A stretch of DNA of 64,000 nucleotides from Octopus vulgaris (taxonomy: Eukaryota), in assembly GCA_951406725.2 (NCBI GenBank), contig OX597836.1, positions 16,678,001 to 16,742,000 of the forward strand. Direction: 5' to 3'. Position 1 is the stretch's first letter, and each line of letters opens with the position of its first letter. This document shows positions 25,298 to 38,694 of the stretch, piece by piece. Under the pieces are notes generated by a model. That model saw nothing but the letters and a program-made list of their open reading frames with translations, was not told where the DNA came from and did no database searches. Both the position numbers and the translations under genes were made by a program.

Positions 25298-25619
25298 TTA
25301 AGGGCTGGGAGCAGCACTGGATGAAAATGAATAGCCATAGACATTCTCATAAGAAACTGAACTTCCAAGGGAGCCATTTGCACTATCAGTGGAGTCTTCG
25401 GAATAGTGGGATTTTCCACTGGAAGAGGTGGCACGGCGCCGGGCCAGATTAGAAGAGCCTGGTGAAGACAGGATAAACTTAACACTGGAACTGTCAGTAC
25501 TCTGATATTTGCCGAAACCTCTGGTTCTCTGCTCAGAAATGGCCAGATGCTGCTGCATCATGCGGTTGATGGAAATGGCCGTCTCAGCAAAAGATTCCAG
25601 ATCTTTGGTACTGTTATTC
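25298..25619 (-). CDS. MKNK1: MKNK exon 10 (last coding exon, MAPK-docking LARRR)
   Basis: tttccag|G AAT AAC AGT... gives NNSTKDLESFAETAISINRMMQQ...LSSPGSSNLARRRATSS...AAPSP*. This matches the Mnk 'a'-type C-terminus. Confidence 0.95.
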
Positions 25620-26109
25620 CTGGAAAAGCAAAATTTTAAAAATAAAATTACTTTTATTCGGATGAAAATTGAGAGAGAGAAATATTACAGAAAAAATTTT
25701 CAAGTAAAATAAACAGTCAATTTAAATGTTCTTTCTCTGGAAATTCCTCCAACTATTTCCCACTCCTTTTACCTCATTTTATAATTTTTAAACCTCCATC
25801 TCTTCTACCCGTCTAAAACAACTATTTTAGCCCTTTGCTGGTCTGAAGCATTTTCATTCATAAGTTTGTCCTAAACATCCATGCTTGTTATGGGACCTTT
25901 CTAATATTATCCTTGTTTCACATCTTCAGAGTAATATAAAGCTATCTTTTAAGTTCCAACTTATTCTGAGGTTTGAAAAAAAACTGGGTATGTGTATCAT
26001 GGATGCCAAGGAAATATGTATCACACGACACACAAAACAGGCAAAAAATAAAACTATGATTTTGATTTTTCCAGTTTCAGCTAATGAGCTGTGGCCATGC
26101 TGGGGCACC

Positions 26110-26192
<83 letters not shown>

Positions 26193-27420
26193 ATAAGGAA
26201 AATAAGACTGAAACTGGTACTGAAATATACTTCATGATAAAATTATTTTAGCATTTTCTACCTTGTCTTATTTTCCTTACACATATCCATGTGTTACTTT
26301 TCTACTTTCTCCATAAATCTCAAAAACAGACTTTCATAGCACCTATTTTAGAATACCATTTCTAATGGTAAAACAATGTAGCTAATATATTTTCATAATT
26401 TTAAATGGTTTATCATTCTCAGTGTATCAAGTTTATTTGTAGTTAGTTTATCACTTTGTAACCTTATGACTTGAATATTGTTATGTAACCTTTTAGTAAA
26501 AGTAATGCTCTTGTAAACAGCAATTCAGAATGGACAGGCAAATGGACTTTATGAAACCAACTGTTCTCTTGATAAACTGATCTACAAATTTGCAAATAAC
26601 ACATTCCAACCATGCCATAAAACTGTAAACAGTGTAGAAAATACTCCCCAGCCTCATTAAAGAGACTCAGGAAGATGTAGATTCTGCTTAAGAGAACAGT
26701 AACTCTGAATAAAAATTGATATAGAGGCACCTTTAGTTCTGCTGTATGGAAGAACACCTTGTGCTGGAAGCATAAAGGTACCAAATCCATGCTGTTAAGG
26801 AGCATCAAGCTTTAAAAATCTTCCAGACAAAAAAAAAAAGTAGCAGAAGAGATATGAACTTCTGTTAACACAGGTTTCCTCTATCGCAAGTTGCAAAGTA
26901 GAGGAGGGCTGTTTAGTCCTGTCACAGGTTCATCTCTATTGCATGAAAAATAGTGCCCAGAAGGTGGTGAGATGGTGGAACACTCTTCTAACCCATGGTA
27001 GTTTAGAAATCTGGTGAATATCGAGATCGTCATCAGCTGCTTTTCTATGCTAGCATGGATCAAACGGAATTTGCTGAGGCAAATTTTTATGACCATATAT
27101 ATCCTTCCCATCTATCAGCAAGTCTCACCCATTTCCAAAATTATTTTCTTTACCACAGCTAAACCAGTTTCCCATCGAAGACTGGATGGAAATGAATCAC
27201 CTCACTTGTATGACTGCTCATTTACAATCATTGCACGATGTATAGACTATGGTACATACACACACACATAATGGGCTTCTTTCAGTTTCCATCTACCAAA
27301 TCCACTCACAATGCTTTGATTGGCCTGCAGCTACAGTAAAAACTTCTTGATCACACAGCCACACTAAACACCTACGAGAGGTGTGTAAAAAACGAAAAGA
27401 TAATCAACAGGTTGACGTAC

Positions 27421-27629
27421 CTGGTTAATATACGAGGAGTTGCTAAAGGAGTAGCTGCCGGAGGTTGTACAACCCACGGGTCTCTCAATACATCCATCGC
27501 TGAGTAGCGTGAACGAGCATCTCGGACTAGAAGATGTTTGATGAGATCTTTGGCCTCATCGGAAATGTCACGCCATTCGCTGTCAGGGAAATCGTAGATA
27601 CCTTCTTGGATTCGAGTGAACAGGCTCTC
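27421..27629 (-). CDS. MKNK1: MKNK exon 9
   Basis: aacag|...|gtacg, 209 nt. ESLFTRIQEGIYDFPDSEWRDISDEAKDLIKHLLVRDARSRYSAMDVLRDPWV...TPRILT(R). Confidence 0.96.
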
Positions 27630-27892
27630 CTGTTTGGGAAGAAGGGGAAAAAAAGGAAATATGAATGACAGAACAAGTGAAAGAATTCCATAAATTGATG
27701 ACACTTAACTACAAAAAAAAGGCCAGCCAAACAGCCAAGCTGCCACAATAAACAAGATAATCATCTAATGCCTGCCTTTCTACGCCTGACATAGATCAGA
27801 TGTGGAATTTATTATGGCATATTTTCTCTGTACAGCCATATGTCCTTCCTTCCTGACACCAAGACTGGTTTTAAGCCAAGGAAGATTTATTC

Positions 27893-28292
27893 AAATTGGG
27901 TCCCCATGCACACACTTGAGCAGAGGACATCATCATCATCGTTTAACGTCCGCTTTCCATGCTAGCATGGGTTGGACGATTTTGACTGAGGGCTGGTGAA
28001 CCAGATGGCTGCACCAGGCTCCAATCTTGATCTGGCAGAGTTTCTACTGTTGGATGCCCTTCCTAACACCAAAGGACACTATGATGAAAACTGTATAAAT
28101 TGGGTCCCCATGAACACACTTGAGCAGAGGACATCATCATCATCGTTTAACGTCCGCTTTCCATGCTAGCATGGGTTGGACGATTTTGACCGAGGGCTGA
28201 TGAACCAGATGGCTGCACCGGGTTCCAATCTTGATCTGGCAGAGTTTCTACAGTTGGATGCCCTTCCTAACACCAAAGGACACTATGATGAA
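27893..28292 (-). repeat. Tandem duplication (about 204 bp x 2) containing an RTE 3' tail, in MKNK intron 8
   Basis: Two copies of flank plus catcatcatcgtttaacgtccgctttccatgctagcatgggttggacg... Confidence 0.85.
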
Positions 28293-28651
28293 TTTTTAGC
28301 ATATATCACTGTAGCTAATGGTGAAACCTCAAGCCCACAATGCTTTTCGGCTGCGACTGCATACTACACAAAGCATAACATGTCAATCTTCAGCTTTTGT
28401 AGAGAGCCCCACAGGCAATTCTCTAATTGGGCCCTGCACAAACCTTTATTTCGAAGTAAGGTTAATATTTCTCCATAGCTACAAATGTTTTCATCATATA
28501 TTGTAAATGAATACCACTGCTTGTATGACAGTAGCAATCATTTACAATTTTATAATAACCAAACTGATTTATAATAAAATAGATGTAACTTATGTGAGCT
28601 TAATTAACCATTTGACAAATACGAAATCAATAAAATCATTAATAGGTTTTA

Positions 28652-29086
<435 letters not shown>

Positions 29087-29815
29087 TTAAAGAAAAATTT
29101 AAAGAAAAATTAAATTTAAATCAAGACATATCACTGGGCCCTTCCCCATCCTTTTCTCTAATATGAGAAAGGATTTCCGTAAGTCATAAATAAGGCAGTG
29201 TTCCTCCTTAAATAAAGTTGACCAATGAGAAGAGTTGTTAGAGCAATGAATTGATTGCTTTGAAATAACCATTTCTACACTCAGTGTTCAAATCTCACTG
29301 GGATAAGCTTTGCCTTTTATCCTTCCAAGGTTGATAAACGAAAGTACTTGAGTACTAGTCAAGTACTGGAATCAATTCTCCTCTTGCTCTCACTCTTTCT
29401 TTCCATCTCTTTTCAGAAAGAAATTCAATGTACTCAGCCCTAGAGGATTCATTGGATCAAAAAATGTCTAAGAAATACTGATACAAAAGTATCTCTACAA
29501 CTCCATCAAGGAGTTAAGGGCCAAAGGCAAGGCACACTCCTTAGATTAGGTTTAAATTTACCCAGCTTCTTTAATCTCACTTATATCAATACAGAAAAAG
29601 ATTATCTAATACAAAGAAAATTACCCAATTTTGAAAATAATAAAAAATTTAAGCTGGTATTTTGGGGCATAAATTAACATGAAATATCAACGGAAGGTTT
29701 TAATTTAAAATCACTTTAAAACAAAGTTTGTATTGTAGAACTAGAAGAGGCAGTTTCAGTGTGTTGGTATCGAAAAGGTTAATGTAGGTTATGAAACGTC
29801 AAAGAAAATACTTAC

Positions 29816-29871
29816 TTCACCATTTCTACCACACAAGATGTTCTCTGGTTTCAAGTCCCGATGTGCAATAC
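29816..29871 (-). CDS. MKNK1: MKNK exon 7 (catalytic loop)
   Basis: tttcag|...|gtaag, 56 nt. (G)IAHRDLKPENILCGRNGE. Confidence 0.97.
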
Positions 29872-30585
29872 CTGAAAAAATTAAGATAATAAAAAAAAAT
29901 TCAATAAGATTTACTTTTATCTAGAGACAAGTTTAAAAAAAACTAGTGGTTTTTAAAACAGATAAAATACTAGTCACTAGGTCTTAAATTCCATAAAACA
30001 AAAAAAAAAAGCAAAATTTAACCCCACACACACACACAAACTTCTACCTCCTTAGAGAAGATGAAAGAGTTTGTTACCTTCTTCATCATTTTAATGTCAA
30101 ATTTTCCATTCCTGCATTGGGGGAGGCAGATTTTTCTATGGATAGATGTCCTCCTTTCTGCCTGCCATCCCTCACCCATTTCCAAGCAAGATAACATTTT
30201 CCCATGGCCAGATATGTTTTGCAAGGAAGATGAACCACATTGCTTATCTGACAGGGACCCGTTTACAACTATCGAGACAAGAGTACAAACACATACATAC
30301 ATACACCTGACAGGCTTCATTCAGTTTCTATCTACCAAATCCACTCATGAGGCTTTGGTTGGCCCAAGACTCTGGTAGAAGTACCTTGCAGTCAGACTCA
30401 ACCCCAAACCATATATGGTTAGGAAACAAGCTACACCCTCACATACTTCTTTTTATGGGCCTCTGTGATTTCTTAGAATAAAGGCTATAGGAATCGTCCT
30501 TTTATGAACATTGCAATTTTGTCAACCCCATTTCTAAGCTTCATAGCTCTTATTATAAGAAACTTGATTTAAGAAGTTAGCTTAC

Positions 30586-30690
30586 CTTTGTTGTGAATGT
30601 GGTCTAAAGCCTTAGCTATGTCTCGTACTATCATACTGGCCTCTCGTTCGGTTAGATGACCTCGGCGTTCTATATTAGCTAACAAAGTAC
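30586..30690 (-). CDS. MKNK1: MKNK exon 6
   Basis: ttcag|...|gtaag, 105 nt. (G)TLLANIERRGHLTEREASMIVRDIAKALDHIHNK(G). Confidence 0.96.
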
Positions 30691-30833
30691 CTGAAGAAAA
30701 ATAGAGATAATATAGCCAAAATTATTAAAACTGTCTCAAATTTCAAGCATATGAAAGGAAAGAGGAAAAAGAAGAAAAACCAAGAAATCGAAACAATGTG
30801 GAATCATAAAGGCCAGAAAAGAAATCAACATAC

Positions 30834-30865
30834 CTCCTTCCATTTTCTCAAAGATAAGAAAAAAT
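30834..30865 (-). CDS. MKNK1: MKNK exon 5 (32-nt micro-exon, hinge)
   Basis: tttcag|A TTT TTT CTT ATC TTT GAG AAA ATG GAA GGA G|gtatg gives FFLIFEKMEG(G). Phases fit both neighbours. Confidence 0.93.
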
Positions 30866-31239
30866 CTGAAAAAGGAAAAGAAAAAAAAATTTAGTGGAAA
30901 TCATTAACTGAAATATTTAACAGCTTAACAAAAATTTTAAAATAAGAAATTAACAATATGTTATCAATTTAAAGTTCTCAAATACTCTGAAGAGAAATAG
31001 TTAGCTAACAACAAGAGCCTTAATCTTTTTATTACATTTCAATTAATTTTGAAAAATAATGAAGAATTTAGTAAAAAATTATTGTTATTAAGTGGAATGT
31101 TTGGAACAAATTCTTTTCACGATAGGCACAAGACTTGGCTGATTGATAATCTAAGGTCTCAAAACTAAAAATATATATTATCCACCAACTTATATTGTAC
31201 CAATACATTTTACCCACCAAGTAAAGCAAATTAACTACC

Positions 31240-31475
31240 TATTTCTTTATTACCCACAAGGGGCTAAACATAGATGGGACAAACAAGGACAGACATAGGT
31301 ATTAAGTCGATTACATCGCCCCCCCCAGTGCGTAACTGGTACTTAATTTATCGACCCCGAAAAGATGAAAGGCAAAGTCGACCTCGGCGGAATTTGAACT
31401 CCCAGCGTAACGACAGACGAAATACGGCTACGCATTTCGCCCGGCGTGCCAACGTTTCTGCCAGCTCGCCGCCTT
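31240..31475 (-). mobile_element. SINE family 2 with 16-bp TSD in MKNK intron 4
   Basis: TSD aagcaaattaactacc at 31224-31239 and 31476-31491. Confidence 0.88.
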
Positions 31476-31617
31476 AAGCAAATTAACTACCAATAAGTAA
31501 AAGTCTGAAAACAAGTAATGACACTTAGGAGAAACTTATGGAAATGCTTTGGGGCAGGCAAAGGATTAAAGGATTAAATAACAGTTTCTTAAATAAAAGA
31601 GAGAGGGCAACACTTAC

Positions 31618-31739
31618 TGCTCATCTTCTTCAAAATATTCATTGAGCTGCAATATGTTAGCATGGCCTTGACAGTGATGAAATATTTCAATTTCTTTGAA
31701 AACTTTGTTGCGGGATCTTACATGATTTTTCTCTATTAT
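31618..31739 (-). CDS. MKNK1: MKNK exon 4 (helix C)
   Basis: ggcag|...|gtaag, 122 nt. IIEKNHVRSRNKVFKEIEIFHHCQGHANILQLNEYFEEDE(Q). Confidence 0.96.
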
Positions 31740-31890
31740 CTGCCAAAGTAAAAGAAAGAAAAGAAAAAAAAAAACAATTAAACAAATTACTAATGAATCT
31801 TTAAACAAATTAACAAAAGGCAAAGGAGGGAGATACCAACACCAGTGTTATTTATATATGTATCAATTAGCAAGTGAAGCTAATGCTCAC

Positions 31891-31988
31891 CTTTACAGCA
31901 TATTCCTTTTCAGTTTGTGTATGAATATAGGTACGAACTGTTGCGTAAGCCCCTTGCCCTAAGATTTCGCCAGTTGGTTTATACAGAT
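31891..31988 (-). CDS. MKNK1: MKNK exon 3 (Gly-rich loop, AVK lysine)
   Basis: ccag|...|gtgag, 98 nt. (D)LYKPTGEILGQGAYATVRTYIHTQTEKEYAVK. Confidence 0.96.
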
Positions 31989-34671
31989 CTGGTAATAATT
32001 AGAACGGAGGGACAAAATTTTAATAAAAGTCAGTCTAGATCAGCTGGTATCAAATGAAAGGCTCAAAATTGGCATATGAAGGACAGCATTTTAACAATTA
32101 ATACAAACAAAATCTGCAAAAGAATTCTTCCCTCATGGTCATCAATAAAAACTTTAAAAACCCTTTAATATTCAGATTATTCTCTCAAAGTTACTGCTTA
32201 CTTATCCACAGTGTTTTTAATTCATCATGCATTATTTATTATCCTGTAGCTTCAAGATTTCGATGATGTGAGTGATTATTTTATAGAATGACATTGCAGA
32301 GTAGGTGTAAGAGGCCAAATCAGGCCAGTTTGAATACAAAATAGAATATTTGAGCCAGATATGAATGAAATGATCATTTTTTTAAATGACATTGTAGGGT
32401 AGGTGTGACAGGCCAGATCTGGGTAGTCTAAATAAAAAATGGGTCAAATATTTGGCCCAGATATTGACGGCTTAAGTGCTAAAGGATTAAAGAGAGATTA
32501 AAATATATTAGCCATAAAGAATGTCTACAAAAAGAACACCTACAATGGGTCAAATATTTGGCCCAGATATGGACGGCTTAAGTGCTAAAGGATTAAAGAA
32601 ATATTAAAATATATTAGCCATGAACATCTACAATCATCAAGAAAACAGTTTGTTGCCACATTCCTGTTGAAAAACCATGCCCTTGATTCTATTAATTTTG
32701 AAAATAATAAGGAATTCCATATGAAATAACTCATTATTATGCTGGTGCTTGAAACCTAAATTAATAAGAATTTTTGCTGGAATGTTTTAATTAAGATCAC
32801 TTTTAAAACAAGATGCTTGTGCCATAAAGCAGTCTCTGATGTTACCAGTTCGAAAGGGGTTATTAAAGATGTATCGCAATATTAATTAGATGATAAGAGA
32901 GCTAGTTAACCAGGTTTGAGAAGATATCTGGTAAAATTTTCTATTCTCCACACCCACAAAGATGATGACAGACGTAGTAGGTAGAAGAAGCACGTGAAGG
33001 TCGCTTCTATCATTGAAAAGTACACAACTTTTGGAAGAGAGCCAAGTGTTGCAGGGTACTACTTTACTGAGCAAGTTTATCAGCAAGGAGGAGGAGGAGC
33101 AGGTAGTGGAGGGGGGAAGAGGAAATTTTGTAATAAACAGACAGACAAATGAGGACAACAACAACAACAAATATAACTGACCAGTTATCAAGACAACTGT
33201 TTAATGGAAGCAGCAGTTAGTATTTAAGAGCCAATATTAGAGAATCACCACCACCATAACCACTTCTTATCCTAAATAGCAGTTAGAATTACACACAAGC
33301 AACAAGGAATTAAGAGAGGAGAACCGACAGGTTTTTTTAGTTGTTTGTAGACAGCACAGCACGGCATGGAGTAAAGACTAGCTAAAGTAAGATATCCAGC
33401 AACCAAGATTAATCTAAAACTATTTATTCAGAACAACCAGAGTTGGTCAGTTTGCAAAAAAAAAAAAAAAAAAAAAAATCAGAAAAAAATCTGCTAATAA
33501 GACAGCAAGTGGTGGTGGTAGTATTAGTAGTAGTCGGAACCAGCTAATTTTCCACATTGCTCTGGTTAATTGTACAAAAAAATGTAAATGGATTTGTCAG
33601 GTTTTAACACAGAGTTCCAACTGTTCAATCTTTAACAGCATGGCTTGTTCATTGAATTAGTGTGTGTGTGCATGCAGTTAAGCGCTCCACAGACGGAACT
33701 CTTAATGCTATCTCCAGGCAGCAGAAGCAGCAAGTATGCATATTATTTTCTGTGCTTCGAGACACAGAGGGCGCATTGACTTTTCATACAAGTACAAGGC
33801 ATCTGATGGACTTTAAACAGATTGCACTGACCCTTTTTCCACTTGCATAGATGGGGTGGTCAACCTCTGAGGACTACAGAAAAGAAATTGAGTCGGGGAG
33901 GGTTTTTTTAAGAGTAACCATACACCAAAACACACCAACATGTCTGGGACAAATAGTGGAGATATTTAGAAACAGTTAAAGTATGTAAATAATGAGGTCT
34001 TGTGTATACATGCACACAAGAGAGACAGTATGTGTGTGTGTGTGTGTGTGTGCATGTAGTATGAATGTGTTTGTGTGTGTGTGTGTGCACGGGTGCATGT
34101 CTATTTAAAAACAGGCAGTGGCTACATATTTGGGAAATTTCTAATTTAAGAAAAAAAAATAGACCAAAACAAAAAATAAGGACAAGGCTTTTTTTTTTTT
34201 CTTTGCTGTAAAGCAAAAAAGAAAAAAAAGACGAAGCTAGATACAAAGGTAGATAAACAAGAGAGAGAGAGAGAGAGAGAGAAGGAGTGAGAGAGAGAGG
34301 GAGAGTAGTGATTAAAAGTGGCATTTTATTGTCTGCCCGACGACTTTTTCTCTTTTAGGACAAACACAGTTTAAATTACACAATTCAGAAGAGAAAGAAA
34401 AACAAAAAATTTGAGCCCAATTCAAATGAGATATAAATAAATAAATAAATAAATAAAAAAACAACAAAAAAAAACTTATAAAAGCAGGTATAAAGATGGC
34501 TGCTAAAAGAAGCGGAGAAGAAAATTCTCGGTAAAAGCTTAGGTTTGCTCTACGCAAACTATTCTGGAGCTAAAAAAGTTTCAGATGTCACAAACTACGT
34601 AGTTTGATGTTTAGACACTCTCCCTCTTTGTCGCTCACTCACCCTCTCTCTCTGCTGCATACAGAGGTAGG

Positions 34672-34715
<44 letters not shown>

Positions 34716-35465
34716 TATATAGTATTATATATAGCCGAAATGAAATTATCAGCTCCTCTCTCTCTCTGCTATGCCTGTTGGGCTATAAAGACTGCTAGAC
34801 TTGTAGCTGTTTTAGCTGCAGTACACAAATAGATTCCACACAAAAATATTATTAACAACACTTTAACACTTTCTGTGTATAGAGGAGTGGATATATAAAA
34901 ATGACTAAACTCTCTATAATGTATCTGGTTCAGTTTAGTGGGATGAAAGACTCGATACCAAAAGGTCAATATCAAAGAGGACTTCAGACCATGCAAACCC
35001 ACTTTCTCAAAAACTTCATGTCCAATCTACATGTCAATAAAATGGAAGAACAGACATGTTATTTAACGAGTATGTTCAGCTTTGCTGTGCAAATAGAACC
35101 CGTATTTAAAATGCAGGGTTCTCTATCAGAAGAACAAATTGAAGAACAATATGCTTTTTATCTGACACAATTTGTCCAATGCAATGAGCAAAAGGCAGTT
35201 TTTTTCTTTTTTGCCTCATTTGCATAACAGCACTTTCATTGGGCACCTGTAATTAAGAACTGAGATTGCAATGTCTGAGGATGGTCATTCCTCTGGTTAC
35301 ATGTGCACACTGTCTTTGTAAAACCCCATCAAGATTAATAGAACCACTTGGTTAATATTCCAGTTGCACAGTTAAGTTAAATGTACGTTTATTGCATCAC
35401 ATTATTTACTACATTTTATATATATAATCCGTGTAGATCAACAAAAAAATTACTCATCTGATGAT

Positions 35466-35501
<36 letters not shown>

Positions 35502-35565
35502 CACATACAAACATACATATATATATATAAATTGAATCACCATGGTAGTCTAAATTATAACTCAC

Positions 35566-35764
35566 CTAAAAAATTAGCTGCTCTAATTGCTGCCCTCTTT
35601 TTCTTCTTCTTGCTGTTATTTCTGGTAACCAAATTAGGTTCGTTGCAGTCGGTGTCAGCCTCAACATTGTGCATTAACTGCACCCCATCGAGGGTGATAC
35701 TGTTGTCCAACATCAGACTATTTGGCCGTTCGATAAAACTAATTGGTTTAGGTTGAATCTCAAG
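35566..35764 (-). CDS. MKNK1: MKNK exon 2 (N-terminal region with polybasic eIF4G-binding/NLS stretch)
   Basis: ttttccag|...|gtgag, 199 nt. LEIQPKPISFIERPNSLMLDNS...RNNSKKKKKRAAIRAANFL(D). A basic stretch just before the kinase domain is typical of Mnks. Confidence 0.9.
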
Positions 35765-38490
35765 CTGGAAAAAATCAAAAAACAAAAGTCACATTAGCTG
35801 CAATACCTAAGCAGACATATATAGACTTCATTTAGCTGTTACACTAAATATACAAAACAATCATTGTTTGCTTAGAGGCTGTGCAATATAAAACACACAA
35901 GGTGTTATTTCTTAGCTTAGCTGTGTGACACCAAATCCACATGGTGTTCTTTGCTTAGCTGTGCGATACCAAATTTGCCTGGTTCTCTTCTGCAATACCA
36001 AACATGCAAGGTATCAGACGGAGACACACACAATTTAGTGGACACATTTGTGAAAAGACATTGACAGCCAGCATATAATGATGACAATGGGTCAGATGTT
36101 ACTGATGAACTTCGTTGGGATGGGATGACATCATGTTGAAGATGGACAAACAGGGACTCAACTCTTCCTCTCTGCTACATGTATCACATGAAGCAATGTT
36201 GATGGGCCCCCTTTTTGTACTGACAGAAGAGATGAAATTTTGACGTACATGTACTCTAATTATATAACTAGACCAATGGTTCTTTAAAAGTCCAACATTA
36301 TTTCAATAGACAAGTAGTATTTCCCATAAAAATTCAAAACACTCATCTATACCAATACCTAAAAAAGCAGCACATGTTGGATGGAATGGCATATGAAAAT
36401 AATCCACTGTGTAGAATTATTACTATCATTATTATTATTACTATTATTAAGGAATCAAGCAGGCACAATCATTACTATATAGGACCAAATGCTGAGTAGC
36501 ATTTCTTCTGGCTTAACGTTCAGCATTCACAATTCAGCTGAGGTCAGCTTTGCCTTTCATCATTTAGGGGTCAATAAAATAAAGCAGCTGAGCAGTAGGG
36601 TCAACATACTCAATTTGCTCCCTTATCCAAAATTTCAAGCCTTGTGCCCTACAGTAAAATGAATTATTATTATTATTATTATAAAAGCTTAGTAGTTTTT
36701 TGTCCTGGGTTCAAATGCCACCAGGGTCGACTTTGCCTTCCACCCTTTCGGGGTCGGTAAAATAAGTACCAGATGAGCTCTGGGTTCGATTTGATTTAGC
36801 TCCTCACCTGAAATTGCTGGCCTTGTTCTAAAATTTGAAACCTTTTTTTTTTTTTTGCTGTTTTTGCAAAAAACAAGCAATTGGGTGTTCATAAAAAAAA
36901 GGGCCCATTCAATAAAAGGGTGGCACTGAATTACAAATGGTTGGAATTACAAACAAACCTAACATGTTAACTTCTTTGCCAGAATTAACTAAATCCCCCA
37001 CAAATCACAACTTTTACCGTTTTGTTGTTTTAGCCTTAAAAAAAAAATTTGTCTAGTCTAGTTGTATATTTACATAATGAACCAGGCCTTATCCGAGACT
37101 AAACAACAACAAGGCAAAACAATTCACCAGCTCACCAACCTGTAATAAACCTAGCAGTGAGTAAGAGAATATTTTGGACATGTTTCAGTGAGGTGTACAC
37201 GAAAACAAGAATGCCAAACTAGAGACTAGCTACGTAACATCAACATCGAGACTTTTTCTATAATCTTTAACACTTTTACTGCTTGCTTATAAGTTTTATC
37301 TATTTATTTATTACCTATAAAACTACCTAGGTGGCCCGAGGACCTGGAGGAAAGTTCCTTGCATGAAACTCTGAGCACTTTGACCACTGTTTTTTTTTAC
37401 AGCCAACAGATTAAATGTAAATAAATATGCTCTAGTTTACATAAGTTCTACTTCTTCTTCTTCCACCACCACCCATCTGTTCGAGTGTGTGTGTGGGATG
37501 TTTGTTGTTGACGTTTCAGGCAAGCTTCGACGGTTTTTTTTTCTACCTACCCAAAAAGGGATTTTTTGACAATCCTGCGGTTATTGGTAGGCGACGTCAT
37601 TCTACCCACACAACCAACCATCCCAGATGACATAGATAAAAGTCGCCAAGTTGAAACGAGGACGAAATGACGTCGTCTCAACCGAAGGATCGCCAGGTTT
37701 TTCCAACCCAATAATTTACATTCTATTATGTATACTTCGAGGTCCACTGTTCCAAAAAAAGAACGTGTATGTATGTATGTGTGTGTGTATGTGTGATTAG
37801 CCAACAATGTACTTAATCTAGTAAAAACTTTCCTCTATAAAACAAAAACCAAAAACAAAACTTTGTTATATAGTTTTAAATATCCCAAATGTCGTGCGTG
37901 CATATAAACATACCATACACACGCAACTGCAGACGGGGCATTTAAAAGTTTTCAAACATCAATAAATACGGATTAGCAAGCAAAAATCAATACGGAGACA
38001 TGTGCAGTACTTACTTACTAATAAATATAGCTGAGACTATGACGCGACTCCTAATTCCTATAATGGTAACTTCTCCACAGTGACAGGCCTGCAGGGCTCT
38101 GTTGATAGAGCCATGCAGTGTAAAGTAGCGTGCAGAAGGGATGGGGGAGGGGGAAGACTCTCAGAGAGAGAGAGAGAGAGATCAGAAAGAGAGCGAGCGC
38201 GCGCGTGCAAGATGGAGAGGGGGGAAAGAAAGGGAGAAAGAGAGAGAGAGAGTGAATGTGAGAAAAGGGGGGTGAGAGAGAGACTGTGTGTACAGAGCAA
38301 CTTAGGTTATGATGCGAAGTATCTGGCAGGTGGAAAATAACTGAAAAGCGAGAGATGGTGAGATGTGAGCTGAAAAGCACAGGCGAGGGCTGGTTGGTTG
38401 GCTGGCTGGCACCAATAGCAACAAGCTAGAGAGAGAGTTTAAGTTACCAAAATGATGCAAGTTTTATCACCCATCACCACCGCTACTTAC

Positions 38491-38694
38491 TATGAAAACC
38501 AACAAAGGCACGTAGATCTCTTGCAGTCGCTTAACATTCCAGAGCCTTATCTCGAGGAAATGGGCAACAACGAATGAATACAGAGTACCACGGTCTTCAC
38601 ACTTCAAGTTCCTTCGACTTCTGTTAACCAAATCCCCTTTCACTGTATTTTCTCCTCGACTGTACGAATCGGAGTAAACCGAAGTATCCACCAT
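38491..38694 (-). CDS. Candidate alternative first coding exon of MKNK (68 aa)
   Basis: actATGG (A at -3, G at +4), 68 open codons MVDTSVYSDS...IYVPLLVFI, then a gtaagt donor in phase 0, in frame with exon 2. The local context is CpG-rich. No homology support visible. Confidence 0.4.

Noticed and set aside
26195-26280. Hammerhead half (GAAAC-TG-GTA) within a short inverted repeat in intron 9
   Set aside because: No CUGANGA half is present. Probably a truncated Penelope-like remnant.
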